DNA of 62,639 nt, filler included, from Choristocarpus tenellus KU-1152 (lineage: Eukaryota > Protista > Phaeophyceae): NCBI GenBank assembly GCA_964200185.2. It is 12 parts of 12 records of this genome, joined end to end, with 100 filler letters (N's around TTAATTAATTAA, not from the genome) between each part and the next. Parts side by side here need not be neighbours in the genome. Positions count along the whole stretch, not along the records: positions 23,732 to 27,383 come from CAXNAD020018722.1; positions 27,484 to 36,107 come from CAXNAD020004517.1; positions 36,208 to 39,529 come from CAXNAD020020813.1; positions 39,630 to 47,018 come from CAXNAD020006231.1; 8 more parts are not named here. The stretch is one strand, 5' to 3'. Positions 26,256 to 39,670 of the stretch are shown here, piece by piece. The notes under the pieces are model-generated. The model had not been told where the DNA came from. It was given only the letters and a program-made list of their open reading frames with translations, and did not search any database. Made by a program: the position numbers and the translations under genes. The stretch's first letter is position 1. Each line of letters begins with the position of its first letter.

Positions 26256-26450
26256 GGCCCATAGTATCTGGGGGGGGGGAGTCTACACCAGGGTGTCCAT
26301 GTAATTTAATTTCATTTGGGGCAAAACCAGGAAAAGTGCATTTACATTATTATCCATCCGATGTATGCAACCAAATCATCCAAAAATCGCGGCATGAAAA
26401 ATTGACCCCAAATGCACAACCGCTACCCCCCCCCCTAGATACTTTAAGCC
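26256..26450 (+). mobile_element. MITE family 2 (195 bp), TSD TGC
   Basis: GGCCCATAGTATCTGGGGG ... CCCCTAGATACTTTAAGCC, with TGC on both sides. Confidence 0.88.
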
Positions 26451-27279
26451 TGCGTGTGTGACACAGGGGAGATATGACCAACCACAAAATTAGCTGCCAC
26501 CTTGAGCTCTTTCTTAAATTAATTGGCAATTTTGATTGATTTAACATCTATCTTGAAGACTCCATCTTCGACGCCCATAGTGAGAGTTCGGCTGACCATA
26601 GCAGGTTGCCAGTGGGGATGCATGTCTTTCTCTTGCTGAAGGTCTGTACCAGTTTTGATGATAGATTCTACATCAGCATTGGTAGCCGTCCTTGGAGGGC
26701 CTGGGAATAATCTGGAACAAGAGTTTCCTTGCCAGGGAGAAGGTATATATATATATATATTACAGGTGTGAACTCAGCTGTGATTACTGATATTGAAACA
26801 TGAAATGGCGGATTTTCATTCTGACAAGCACGTGTTGAGGGGGAAAATATGAGGATTGGTAGGACCTTGTTAGTTGCTGGAATACATACATCACTATCTT
26901 TAAACGACAACTTTTCTTTGACCCAATATTGCACTCCCCCAAAAGCCGACATGATGCTGTTATCCACATAAAGCTTGTCCATTCTGAAGTTAGGTATGAC
27001 TACTTTCTGGACAATAATTGATAAGTCTCCAAGTTGTTGTGCAAATTGAATAAAACCATGAACAAAGGTCTACCTTCCGCTCCTTTTAAATTTCGAGCTC
27101 CTGCTGGAGCCTCCAGAATGGATGCCTTGGAGAGTGTGGGATGGTCCTTTATGTATCGTATTGATATCACTGGACGTAAGTAGCATCATGAGTAGTAATA
27201 TTATATAGACGTTCCGTTATTCACATACTGGGGGAGGTTGAGAAATGTATCCGTGTACTCAAATACGAATTAAACGTAA

Positions 27280-27383
27280 TTTGAGCCTCAACACCATTGT
27301 GGTCGAAAGTTTTGGGTGGCTCGGTAAGCATGCAGAACGTTTCCTGGATGAGTTGGCTACACATGCGGTAGGGGGGAGAGGGG
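27280..27383 (+). mobile_element. 3' fragment of CRE-like non-LTR retrotransposon (RLE domain end)
   Basis: TIVVESFGWLGKHAERFLDELATHAVGG matches the CRE-clade PxAxETxGxWGxxAxxFxxxL motif. Runs into the contig end. Confidence 0.7.
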
Positions 27384-27483
27384 NNNNNNNNNNNNNNNNN
27401 NNNNNNNNNNNNNNNNNNNNNNNNNNNTTAATTAATTAANNNNNNNNNNNNNNNNNNNNNNNNNNNNNNNNNNNNNNNNNNNN
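27384..27483. other. Artificial contig spacer
   Basis: N44-TTAATTAATTAA-N44. Confidence 0.99.
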
Positions 27484-27532
27484 AAAAAATAATGAAAAGA
27501 AATGGGGGTGGACGGTTGGCGACAGAAGGCGG

Positions 27533-27569
<37 letters not shown>

Positions 27570-29249
27570 CCCCTCCAATTGACACTACTTTTACATGATC
27601 TATGACCATACCGTTGTCATACATAGATTCCCACCAATCCGTTGAAATATCAAGATACAGTGGTATCTCAGTACCTTGACAGATTGAAAAGTCGTGTTTT
27701 CAAACCACCTAGGGCACATTCGTGCCTCTCTTAATAGTAGGAGTACAAAGATGAACTGATAGCCATAAGTGGCCCAGAAGAAGTCGGGGGCTCAATCAGG
27801 AATAGACGGACATTACCACTCACAGAGAGGATGGGAGTAATAGCAATGACATTGCGCATAGGTGGAGTCAGTCAGTGGGGACATGCGCGGTGGTGGTCCA
27901 AACATTTAGTTGGGTTGTGTCCTGGAATCTGATTGGTTAGAGACATTGAGATAAGTTACCACCATACCAGGGCAGTACTAGTATGACGGCAAAACAATCA
28001 TCATCTAGACACTATCCACAGGCCAACAAACAGACCCAACTTTGTTTTCCAAAATTTCCTGTAAAGCTGACTTGAAAAACAAATAAATATAACATTATAT
28101 AAGCAGATGGATTAAAAAACCTCATCAAATTAATATTTCCGAGATACAAAAAGTGTAAAAACTTTGTTCCACACCAAAAATCTTAAACATCTTTCTCGGG
28201 GGCAAGGTATTTGATGTTCAATTGTTACCAAAAATACAACAAATTCACACAAAAGTGGTCCTTTCTTTTTGTCACCACAATAACGTTGTGCTTGGCAGAG
28301 TTCAGACATTGGAGGTACCGTTGTCTGGTTGTTCTGTCTGGCTCATTAGGCACGACGAACTCGGATTTTACTACCTTGCACAGGGATTCCTCTTGCTCAT
28401 TATGGTTAACACTTGGTAGGTTCTTGGGTATCAACTGGGCAGTGAAGTATGCATAGAAGTGATAGAGTTAGTGGAATGATACGACTATGAAATAAACTTA
28501 TGTCAGTATGAAATATATGCAACGTACCATCAGTGGTATTTCTGTATGTTGCCGATCCCTCAACATCTGCTTGGCAGGAATCTTCGATTCATCCTCCAAG
28601 CCGCGGATCCTGTCAAGGACCTGCCAAATACCAACAGACTGCCTAATGCATAGAGCCCATGTATGGCAACATTGTACTGTGATTGTTACGAACCTTGACA
28701 AATTAACACAATAAATTCTTCTGATGCTGCCATCAGTCACAATTTTGTACCAAAATGACACAGTTGGTGAGACAAACCATATTTTGAACCATGAACACAC
28801 TAACAATACGCAAAGGACACCCACTCCTGCTTGGGATCAGTTCAAACAAATAGTTAAAACAAGATGGGCTATGCCTCATGCCCCTCGACACTCTCCCTTT
28901 TTCCCATTATCATAATCCTGTTGTAGGGTACAGAGCAGTAGTCTGCAGGATACACATCCACTTTCTTTTCATGTTTCAAAACCCCTTCAACTCTACACAG
29001 GGTGTAAGGAACACTGCTGGTTGAACTAAACTCTATCGAATACCACAATGAAGACACACTTTGGTTTCCAAGACAACACTACCATTAGATACATTATTTG
29101 TGCCATACCGTAGAAAGACAGAACCTATTAAATACCACCATTTTGAAGATTCCATCAACTTGTGTTGTTGACAGCACCTGGACCCCCAGGCCCCCCTTCA
29201 AGTACCACATAGTAGTATACATAGTCATAAAATGCTCCCATACAGGTAA

Positions 29250-30130
29250 GGCTTAAAGATGCCCACCGAGTGCTTTCGGAAAAAATGGACAAATTATGTC
29301 ACACTAGATAAACTACTACATTTCATTGAAGGCAAAACTACTGCCCCAACCCTAACACCTCCCAAGATTGTTGAGGACAATTCTGTTCAATTTACTCATA
29401 GCTATTACAGTAGAGTGTGTAGGCACCACCCCCCAGGAAGAATATAACGACCTCAGGTAAGAATAATGCAAGCGAGGTAAGCCATGTGATAGGTGCTGGA
29501 AACTCAATATGTTAACCACATAAACCAGGAATACACTTCAAATACTTCAAGGACATACGTATGTTGTATCTCACACACACATAGACATCTTAGAACAGGT
29601 GTGTGCATCAAATATCCTTCTATTGTATTACAATCGTGTGGTGTACTGCCACGCTTTATCCACATACTCTTTAGGGAAAAAAATGCAAGACAAACCACAA
29701 TAACATAAGCATCGAATACATCATCAAGATAGATGACGTTACGTACATCAACCCACACATTAGTAGATATCCCAGGTCAACTCTGATCACTGCGACATCA
29801 TTTCAGGACAATATTTTTGAAAATCATGTCCCTACCTCATTCAAGAATCAACCTCTATAACCTCTCATCGAGGCCATCAACATGCCACATATTTCGTCCA
29901 ACTCCCAAACCCTTGCAGGCTATTGCTCTGCATTCTATTGTGACTATTGTGTTGCATTGACCATAGTGTAAATTACACCGTGCATTCATTGCAGGGAAGT
30001 ATACACACCCAATTTTTCGTTGGCACACTGAAATCAACAACAAAATTGGAGAGCACCCCCAACCAAATATTTGAGGATTTACAGGTTGCCATGATGGCGT
30101 AAGGTGCACCTCTGATAGTTTAAGCTCAAG
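29250..30130 (+). mobile_element. Possible very old Gypsy integrase remnant
   Basis: Faint blocks in integrase order: LDKLLHF, FTHSYY, P..VLETQYV, QQNWR-EH. Heavily frameshifted. Confidence 0.25.
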
Positions 30131-33100
30131 TACATCACACGACTAACCATAGCCCAACTCAGAAAAAAAGATGAGGGGTTATGGCCTACCCGACTCAGCA
30201 TCAGGTCTATAATTTGGGCCCATTTACTCTTACTCTATTAATAAGTAGAACTCAAGCTACTGTAGAGTGTGATCAAAGCAGGCAAAGCAACAGGACCCTC
30301 ATTGGAAACGATATTAATCAAGACTAGCAAGACATGTCAGATTCGAACATTTTTAATCAACAATCGAACAAATATAACAAGAAAAGCATTAAAAATAGAC
30401 ACATTCATTCAAACTAGAGTGATAATAATGGTTTAATAGACAACCAAGTGTGCGAAAACTGAAACCAAAACATTTCCTATACTTATTCAACAAGTGTCGA
30501 AATTTGTACAATTCCATAAAAGTCAAAGAATACGTAAAGATCAAAATATACTGCTTTAATTATTGGTGTTTATGTTGTTGCAAATACACGAACTGCAAAA
30601 ATGTTTCCTCTTGTCACCTCGATTGGTATGCTGGGTGTATGTTTCACTCCTCATCGAGTACATCACAACTTTCTTGCGTTGAATTAATTTACAATACAAA
30701 ATATTTTGGCTTGCAATCAACCAAACTTATCAAAGCCTTTCATTTTATAAATTAAGCATAGAAGAAAACAAATATTGAGAACAAAGATTTTTTCTTACAA
30801 TCTTGCAAACAGTTGGGAAACACACACATATGTATCTCCCCACAAAAAATTCAAAAGTACAGACACATATATAAATGCACCATTTCAAACCAGCACAGGG
30901 ATACCAAAAAGAACTCAGTAAACATATCATTTTTGGAGAAACATTTTCACTCGCAACAAATCAATACATGCACAATACCTAAAACATACTCTGTATATAT
31001 ATATATATTAGGGTTACGAATTGTAGTCATTCACTCAATAGAAAAATCATCAGTATAATAATCAAGCCTTTTGATCAGCCGATTGTTTCCTCAATGGCAC
31101 ATATGCACACTATGCACCCTCATAAACATTTCCTCATGCTGTGTCGCCGGATGCACTACACCCACAATCAAAATACAACGGACTGCATTAAAAAAAAGCT
31201 CTATATCCACAACTCCTTTCTATTCGCAAATCCAAAAAAATGTATACAATAACACATACAGTACCTCAAATAACACAAAACTGGCATTATCAACAAAAAT
31301 ATCTACTTTCAAAACCTCTTTTCACCTGGAGGCGTTTCACTCCAGGAAATCGCATCAACACAATGTCACCACCAGCTGCAGAGCCCCCATTCGATGCCAT
31401 TCCTCCACCAGTGCCCGCCCTCCTCCTATTCCCAGTATAAATCTCATCCCTCTCATCATTCCTGCAAAATATTAATCAAATTTGCTCTATTGGCTCAATA
31501 TAGAAAAAAGCATGCCATTCAATTGTGCAGTAAATGTTGCCTCTTGAAAAAGATGAACTACTTTGATTGCAATGACTTAACATGGCAAACAAAAGCTACT
31601 ACGCAATGAGGTACACAAAAAAGCCACTTCATTCTTACTAGGTCCCCCATTCATCGATCCCTACTACAAAACATACTGCAATACAATATTTTCGTGTACA
31701 AGAAGACAGATCTATGACCAAGCAGATTACTTTGGTAGCTATTGACTGCAGCAATGCACACTAAATCCTGTTCATATGGCCCAACCTACAAAGGTTTGTT
31801 ACCTGCACCCACAATCGCATACACAAGGTGCGGAAAACCAAGTGCAACTGTGAAGGGGGTAACCATTCATAGTTGCCAACTCAGAAGCATGCATATCTAC
31901 CGACCTACAAAACACAGCACCGTTGTGTAGAACAAGTGAATACCCTGGATTCTACAAAAGTGAAGTCCTACTGGGTTCCAATCCTTCAATGATCAAGAAC
32001 TTCTGGTTTTCATTACACTCCTGACTCTGAATCGCTCTATGCATTTCCGTTGTTAACAGCATATCAACTGAACAGGAGAACATTAAAAAAACATTTTCGT
32101 CTTTCTCAGTGCAAATAAAAAGTCTGCAAATAGAACAAGATGATTTTCGATACATAGAAATAAGCATTTTGAAACAAGAGTAGTTGTGTCGTGTGTGTGT
32201 TCAGTAGCACTCCTATGTGTGGTGTGCTGTCTGGATTGATGGCAGGTCGGCATATTGGCACCAAGCATACTGCCGCTTCCCCCTCAAAAACATGAGGGCA
32301 ATCATACCGCCCCACTCCACTCTTGACACAATAGCTAGTAATCGACAGTACAGCAAGCAGTTAAACTATACCAAGACTGCCGGGGTCTTCAAGTCATTGC
32401 AACACCTTGCCAGTCTTCGTAACTACTGGTGTCATTCCTTTAGATGGAGACTTTGGTGGAAGGTTCCTCAGAAAATAATAGTGATCAATGCCATTAGCAT
32501 CCAATGTGTAACATTACCATTTCACGGAATTACTGTTGCAGCCCCCCCTCATCCTCCCCTCCCTCCCCCCCATAACCTGGAAAGCTGCTTCAGAGAGGGG
32601 TATTCTTACTCACCCGGTAAACTCATCCTCATCCTCATCCTCCTCGCTAGGGATGGTTAGGATGGAGGCAACCTCTACACCTTCCCGATCAGAGAGCATG
32701 ATTTCATCCCCATCGTTGTTCAACACTTCCTTCCTCCTTAGGGAGCCATCCTTGATATTGAAGAGAATGGTGGAAAGGTTTACAGTAGGAATTTGCAACA
32801 AGTCCTAAGTGTGCACAATATTGTTTATTCTTTTGTTCACTCTCTTGTATATATGGGTAACAGGAAATATTCTCAAACATGATCCCCATCTGCACTTGTG
32901 AGCCATATACACGAGAGCACTCCACCTGTAGCTGTGCTAAACACACTCATAATTCCACATGTTAAATACACATATGTAAGCACTGCACTCCACATACTAT
33001 CCAAAAATATCCCACGCAGCTCTAGTGATCAAAAAGTGTCCAAAAAATCCATGCTATGAAAACAACACAACACATATTCTACTATAATCAACCGTGGAGT

Positions 33101-35883
33101 GAAATCACAAGCCTTGAAAATCCACCCACTCACCTTCAAGTGTCTAAAGTATACGCAATACTTACAAAGGAGAAAAAAGTGGGCTGCGGAAGGAAGTCCT
33201 AATCTATCTCCAAAGTCATACGAAACCAGAAAAAGTTGCCATGACCCACTAAATACTCTTAACGCCAACACTGAATGTATCACTCATGAGGAGCACAATT
33301 TTCATAACTCTGCACGTCATGAACCACTGTTTTGTTTTGTTCATCCTTAAGAGTTAATCCTAATCCCAGAAAAAAAAACGCACCATGTATCATGTATCAG
33401 AGCATATTATATATCAATCTCAGTGCATCATCTATTGCAATATAGAACACAAGGGTGTTCAACATCTTCCCGTGCTTTTCTCTTGAGCACAAACCTCCTC
33501 CTTCAAACAGAAATTTTTAACTGCAACAAAATAACAACCACTTGGAACAAAAACCTTAACTCTCATCCATCCACTACTTCTATTTGAGTAGTCGCACCTG
33601 GTTCAACCACATCAAATTACCCTTTCCTAGGGTATTAAGTTCGTAGTCTGAAAGCTGTCCAGGTGAACAATATACTGCAATAAAAAGCACCCCAGAAAGA
33701 AGTACAAGTTAGAGTACATCAGTCACATTTACCCTTTGGACAAGGAAGTTGAAGTGCTGATGGAAAGGGGTGGGGAAGCTTGGGAGCACGGGTTGTTGCC
33801 ACACAAGACTTGTGGGTATCTTCCTCGTGAAAGATACAAGACGGTTATTAAGACCCTATCACTGATTGGTACTACTAGTGCGAATATATACAATTGAAGT
33901 GATACACAGTTAATATTTGTAAGAAAAATTGTCTATTGTGATACAGACCTCCAGGCACAAAGGGACCAAACAAAATGTCCGAAGCTAGATCTCTTCTCAT
34001 GCACTCTGAGTAGCAAAACATTGCTTGATAAACTAACAATGGAACTCTAATATTAACAACCACACAACACAAAGAAGAAAAAAAAACAGAAGAGTAGAAT
34101 CCATGAACAATCAAACTACAAATGTTCCAAATTCGTACCGCCTGAATGTGTATCAGTGCACGTATTTCAACTCACATCCTCTGCACAAGCGTACTCTTAA
34201 AACACCCAATAAAAAATACATTGTAAAAAGAAAGTAAAAACTGCTGCATCCAATCTCAAACAATGATAAAATAAGCATGCTACCTTGTAATATTTTAATA
34301 TTGTGTGGAGTTTTTACCAGTGATACTTCCTCTGGCCAAAATGGTGCACTTCTCAGGAAACTGGAAGTTGTGCTTCCCAGAGCGATCATGTAGGAAATAG
34401 CCCCCAATGTCTGCCTTCCATAGCAATGAAGGGTTGCGCACCATCACACGCTCGCCAATTAGGTCCAACGTTGACACATAGGGAGGGGGGCAAAACAGCC
34501 ACTGTTGTCATGAAGGGAAGGTAAGAGTAGGGGAACAAAAGACCAACGCAAATTGGTTAGGTGTTGGGATGATGGTGAGTTGTGCGATGTGAGAAGCAAG
34601 TTCTACACAAGTCTATGGAACAACAGCCTACGTACATGTTGACATCTCGTCAACTAAGTCAAAAGGGTTTTGCACCAGTCCTCCTGCAACCTCCCCTCCC
34701 AACATTGGCATTGGTATGGTGGATGGGTTGAGGGGGAGATGGGGGGGGAGTCAGGTTCTACCATAGGAAAGGGTTAGGATTGAGGATATTCTTTTACACC
34801 GCTGGAAGAGAGAGTTGTGGACCTTTGAAGGGAATCAAACGAATGAAAAAAAAAAAAACTTTATTATAACGCCTATGGACAAAATGTTCTTTAAAGTTTG
34901 GTTAGGTCTCCATGTTACCATTAACAGGGAGGGGGGTGGGGTGAGTGTTATGATATCAAAAGCAATCCAATTTAAACTGGTTAGATATGGATATAGATAA
35001 AAGCTTAGTCAATCTGTCACCCCAGTATCATACAACTGATGCAATGAGAGAGGGGGAAAAGGGGGGAGAGGGAGAGGGTGAAGGGAAATACTGTGGGGGA
35101 AGCTGCAGAAAAACACAGACAACTCTCAACACTCCATGTATGTTTTGACATTGACAAGGAGCAAGATGGTTGCTAGCTGATGAGGGTCCCTTGGTGGTGG
35201 GGGTTGCTATGGGTGACCAGTGCCCAATGCCCAGCACTAAACGAAAGCTAGAGATTATAAATTGAAAAAAGCTAGTTCTTGCTCTCACATATTATTTTTC
35301 ACTCCCACATGGACAAAAGGAAAAATACTTAGGAGTACAGTGCACTTGTCTCTCCTCTGCACCTCAGAAAACAACTCAAAGATGGTGGGGATTAAGGGGA
35401 ACAATACAAGCAAGCACCTGGCATTTTTACTTCGGTATGGTGAAACCTTGAGTAGTAGAATTAGACAGGTGCAATAGAAAAAAAGTCGCTTGTGCAATGC
35501 TGGTTGGGAAAGGTAGAATTGGTAATGAAGCATTTCGTGCATTTCATGAGCTAAAAGTTTGAATCGCACAGCCCCTATTGTTATCTTCGCTTCCATTCAG
35601 CGTTGAAACATCCCTTATCCTCCTCCACCTTGCAACAACTCCTGTCGACTCTTGCACTGCAATAGAAAGGAACTCGAATCCGTACATTTTATGGGAGTTC
35701 CTTCGCAAGTAAGAACGGTTATCTACAATGTGCTTGACAAAACGCCGATAGGAGTTATCACATCGTGTAATTTCCAAAACTTCAGATCAACACTAACGCA
35801 TGTAAGGACATGCTCAATGAGCACTAATGTTCATGTAAAATCTTGGAAAACTAACAGGGCGTAACATTTCTGATCCTTGGCTT

Positions 35884-36107
35884 GAGCCAAAGTATCTTAG
35901 AGGGTACAGCCGCGTCCATTTGGGGGCCAAAGTCCTATGTTGCAATTTTGATGTAATTTTGACTATTGCGTGTGTTAGGAAGTGTCAATGTCGATGTTCT
36001 GGACACACCTTCTAATAACATACACATTTTACACACTCCGAAACATTTTGGAGTAGGAAAATGTCATTAAAAAACCCATGGGAAGCCAAGATCCAAATGG
36101 ACAAACA
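35884..36107 (-). mobile_element. MITE family 1, reverse orientation, cut by spacer
   Basis: GAGCCAAAGTATCTTAGAGGGTA plus most of the body. Confidence 0.92.
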
Positions 36108-36207
36108 NNNNNNNNNNNNNNNNNNNNNNNNNNNNNNNNNNNNNNNNNNNNTTAATTAATTAANNNNNNNNNNNNNNNNNNNNNNNNNNNNNNNNNNNNN
36201 NNNNNNN
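36108..36207. other. Artificial contig spacer
   Basis: N44-TTAATTAATTAA-N44. Confidence 0.99.
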
Positions 36208-36616
36208 CCCCCCCCCTACTGTGATAAAAAGGTATTGTAGGGTCAGTGAGGTTTATGGATAGTAATACTATCAAATATGCAATACTGTTGCTGGCCATCG
36301 AAAAAAAAGTCTCCAGCACAATCTCACTCAATTCACATTTTGTATACACACTGCAAAGACAAGGGGTTCTATCTGTTCCCTTTGTGAAATGAACATTAAT
36401 ATATAATCATCCCATCCCATCATTAATCTAACCTGCCTTGCATAAACTCCAAACCAAGACAAACCTTCTTACATCTACCCGCTTTCCATCCACTACAACA
36501 TAAGTAAAAAAAATTCCCAACACACAAATACATACAAGTACAAAATCATTAATTAATTATTAATCAATGAATACAATCGTTCATCCCTCACAAATTAAGA
36601 TTGGCCAATATATTAC

Positions 36617-36799
36617 CTGTCCAATGCCAAAGATGAATGCGTTCTCAGCCAGAGATAGCAATCCCAGGGACAGACTGGCAGAGGTCTTGGCACTCTTAAT
36701 GGCCTTTATCCATGATTGTCGGGCTGCCCAGTCCTTCCACAGGGTGGGACGGCGCTGGTCATGCTTGACCAAAAACGCCTCTTCATCATCCTCAAACTC
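36617..36799 (-). CDS. Internal exon, WHIM3/WSD-like helix of a chromatin-associated protein
   Basis: AG|183 nt|GTAATA, phase 0-0. EFEDDEEAFLVKHDQRRPTLWKDWAARQSWIKAIKSAKTSASLSLGLLSLAENAFIFGIGQ has the RxxWxxxVxxAxTxSxLxxxLxxL pattern. Confidence 0.7.
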
Positions 36800-36901
36800 C
36801 TTTATAAAAATGACACAGAAAACGTAATCTTTCTCAATGATGATGGTTGTGGATTTCTATTAGGTCAGGGGGAAAACAAGCTGTGCATGCACCAATCACA
36901 A

Positions 36902-37005
36902 CAGAGTCAGAGTCAGAGTCAGAGTCACTATTCATTTGAAGAAAGAAAGAAAAAAGTAGACAACATCAACCAACACCATAATAATAATATAATAATAATA
37001 ATAAT
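36902..37005. repeat. Intronic microsatellites (CAGAGT)4 and (AAT)n
   Basis: Read directly. Confidence 0.8.
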
Positions 37006-37791
37006 ATCAATCCTTTGTATTGTCTACTATTGATTGCCGTATCTTTTCAGCTAAATAAAAAAAAACAGTTGCAGCAGACTGTTACTGCATTAAACTACAT
37101 AAAATCCAACATAAATAAGCCAAGAGGACAAGATTGGCACATTTGAGAGTGAACAAGACCTTTTCCTAACAGCAACGTTTTGATCAGAATTTTGCCCCCA
37201 AAGTTTTAGATTTTTCTGTTGTCATATAAGGCCCGTGCCTGTTACATTCCTATTTCAAATGCTTGAAAAATCGTATTTTATTTTATGTTGTTCATGGGTA
37301 CAAAACTATTACTTGTAGGAATGGGCCTATAACCCTAACACCAATCAACAACAGACAACAAGCAGACCAATCAACACCATACCACCATAATCCTTCAAAA
37401 TTCAGTTACAGGTGGAACAAACCCATAACAAGTAGGGTTAGGGTCAGGGTATCACAAAGAACAAAAAAATTATGATTGCGGATTACTTCTGAATTTTGAC
37501 TTCTGATTGGTTAATTTTCACATGAACCCTGCCTGCACCGTGTTTGCATTTAAAAAAATAAATAAAAAAATAAAAGCAATCGAGTATGTAAACATTGAAT
37601 TTATTTCTTTTTCTATTGATTCCAATCACCACGCATGTAATATTGAAAGTAAAAAGATAATGGTGGTATCAACATAACAAAAATATATATATTTTACTTG
37701 AAAAACTTAAGCACCCAACTTGAAACAGCTGAGAAACGAATCAAACAACCTCACCATCAACTACAATTTACAATATTAATATCATTATTAC

Positions 37792-37857
37792 CTCCTCTTC
37801 CTCTTCCTCCTCCTCCTCCTCCTCATCTTCTCCTCTCTCCCCCCCATCGTCCTCTTC
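37792..37857 (-). CDS. Internal acidic exon of the same gene
   Basis: TAGCAG|66 nt|GTAATA, phase 0-0, encoding EEDDGGERGEDEEEEEEEEEEE. Confidence 0.65.
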
Positions 37858-38256
37858 CTGCTATCAACAATGGATGAGGGTGTAAGGGTTATATAATGAG
37901 GAGGTGATGAGGAGGAACAAAAAACTTGGATAGAAAAAAATTAGCCATAAATTAAAAAAATAATATTGTAAAAAAAAGGCAAAAATGTGGTATCTCAATC
38001 TCTACCAAATTGGAGGGAAAGACTCTCTACTGCATCAGAGCAAAAAACAAAAAAAGGAGAGAGAGGGGAGAGGGGTCCACAGACAGCCTCAAAAGGGGAA
38101 AACCAAAGATTGAGATGTCCACTCAGGAAGAGCAAACACAATTACTGGGGCAATGGTCGACAAATACATTAGGAAGTTTCCCATCCTCTTCTCTCTTGTA
38201 CTCTTGACACACAATCCACACTCTTAACACTCAGTCGCACAAAATCTGATCTAACT

Positions 38257-38340
38257 CTTCTAGTAGCTCAGTGGTCAATGGAACATGTTCCCTGCATGAA
38301 AATTCTGAGTGTTCAAATCCCACCTCCACCGTTCTTTTTT
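38257..38340 (+). pseudogene. tRNA-like relic / SINE head within an intron
   Basis: Box A TAGCTCAGTGG (38264), box B GTTCAAATCC (38311) and a T-run at 38335-38340. The cloverleaf stems are not intact. Confidence 0.55.
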
Positions 38341-38520
38341 CCACCAACATAGTAAAGTTTTGATCGTCCACTTTCATGTGGAAAGAAAGTACACAGCACA
38401 CTCTATGTCACTTTTCCTAATAATAATATACATTTTTATTGTACTATAGTTACCATGACAACAAATATTGCCTTCTACAGTACAAATCCCTAATCCTAGC
38501 TTGCATAGAGTCTGACCAAC

Positions 38521-38640
38521 CTCATCCATGTCTGACTCTGGCTGTTCCTGAACATCATCCTTGTAGTGCCTGGATGCTCTCTTTAGCTCTTGCTCATCCA
38601 TGTCCTCTTCATCCCCATCCTCATGCACAAGATGCCACAA
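38521..38640 (-). CDS. Internal exon, Tudor-like (PTM/DIR17-type) domain C-terminal half
   Basis: TAG|120 nt|GTTGGT, phase 0-0. LWHLVHEDGDEEDMDEQEL matches the hxVxYxDGDxEDL motif. Confidence 0.72.
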
Positions 38641-39529
38641 CTAATACATACATACACATAAACATAAATAGACACAAGGGTGAGTGGTAGTGGAGGGGAA
38701 TGATCTTACTACTAAATAATAATGATAATAATAACAACAGTAGGTCGGGTATACTGAAAACTTAACCATATATGTTAATATAACAACACCACGATGCCCT
38801 ATGAAGACTTTTGTTCCTTCAGTAAGGATACAAAAAAAAGTGGATATGATTGTGTCACCACCTATCATCAATTACTGCCATCAACACTATCTCACACCCC
38901 AGCCAGTGTATACTTGGAACCATAGAGCTAAAAGCATCACAACTGTGGCTAGAGAGATGTGCGTGTTTTGGCGGTCTTGTGAAATAAATGCAGACACATA
39001 TTTTACCAACTCTGTCTAAAGAAGATTATGACATCCCCAAAAGGGCACCAATAAGGACAAAATAGACTCTTACAAATGAAGGTAAGTCCCTAAACAGGAG
39101 TAAAAAATACATACCACAGTCACCTTCAATGTGTTATGAAAACACATGACACCCAAAAGTCAGAAAAGTCCTCAAAATCAGGTGTACCTTCCTCTCAGTT
39201 TGAAAAATAAAAAATAGTAGCAATACTAACTACCTGGGTGTATCAACCTTTCCACAAGTGTCAGATAACTGTTTCATGCTGTCATACTGTCAGTACTGTA
39301 CTAGGACAAAAAAACATGCCTACTACCTCAATAAAACCCTTGCAAAAAAATTCTCGGCCAATCACAGCCCACTATCCATCCATCACACCCTGTGGTCCAA
39401 TCAGCTACGACTAAAAAAAATATGTCATACAGTACAGTACACAGTGGGATCACCTACAGTTACAATTCAACAAGGCACAGGGGAAGGGGGGGGGGGGGCA
39501 TTAAATAAGCCCAAGTACACTAACAACAC

Positions 39530-39629
39530 NNNNNNNNNNNNNNNNNNNNNNNNNNNNNNNNNNNNNNNNNNNNTTAATTAATTAANNNNNNNNNNNNNNN
39601 NNNNNNNNNNNNNNNNNNNNNNNNNNNNN
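39530..39629. other. Artificial contig spacer
   Basis: N44-TTAATTAATTAA-N44. Confidence 0.99.
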
Positions 39630-39670
39630 CCCCTCACAAACCACCCCCCCCCCCGCAGATACTTTGACCC
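39630..39670 (+). mobile_element. TIR family 3 end (GGGTCAAAGTATCT type), cut by spacer
   Basis: cccctcacaaaccacccccc..agatactttgaccc, nearly identical to 46101-46138. Confidence 0.8.
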
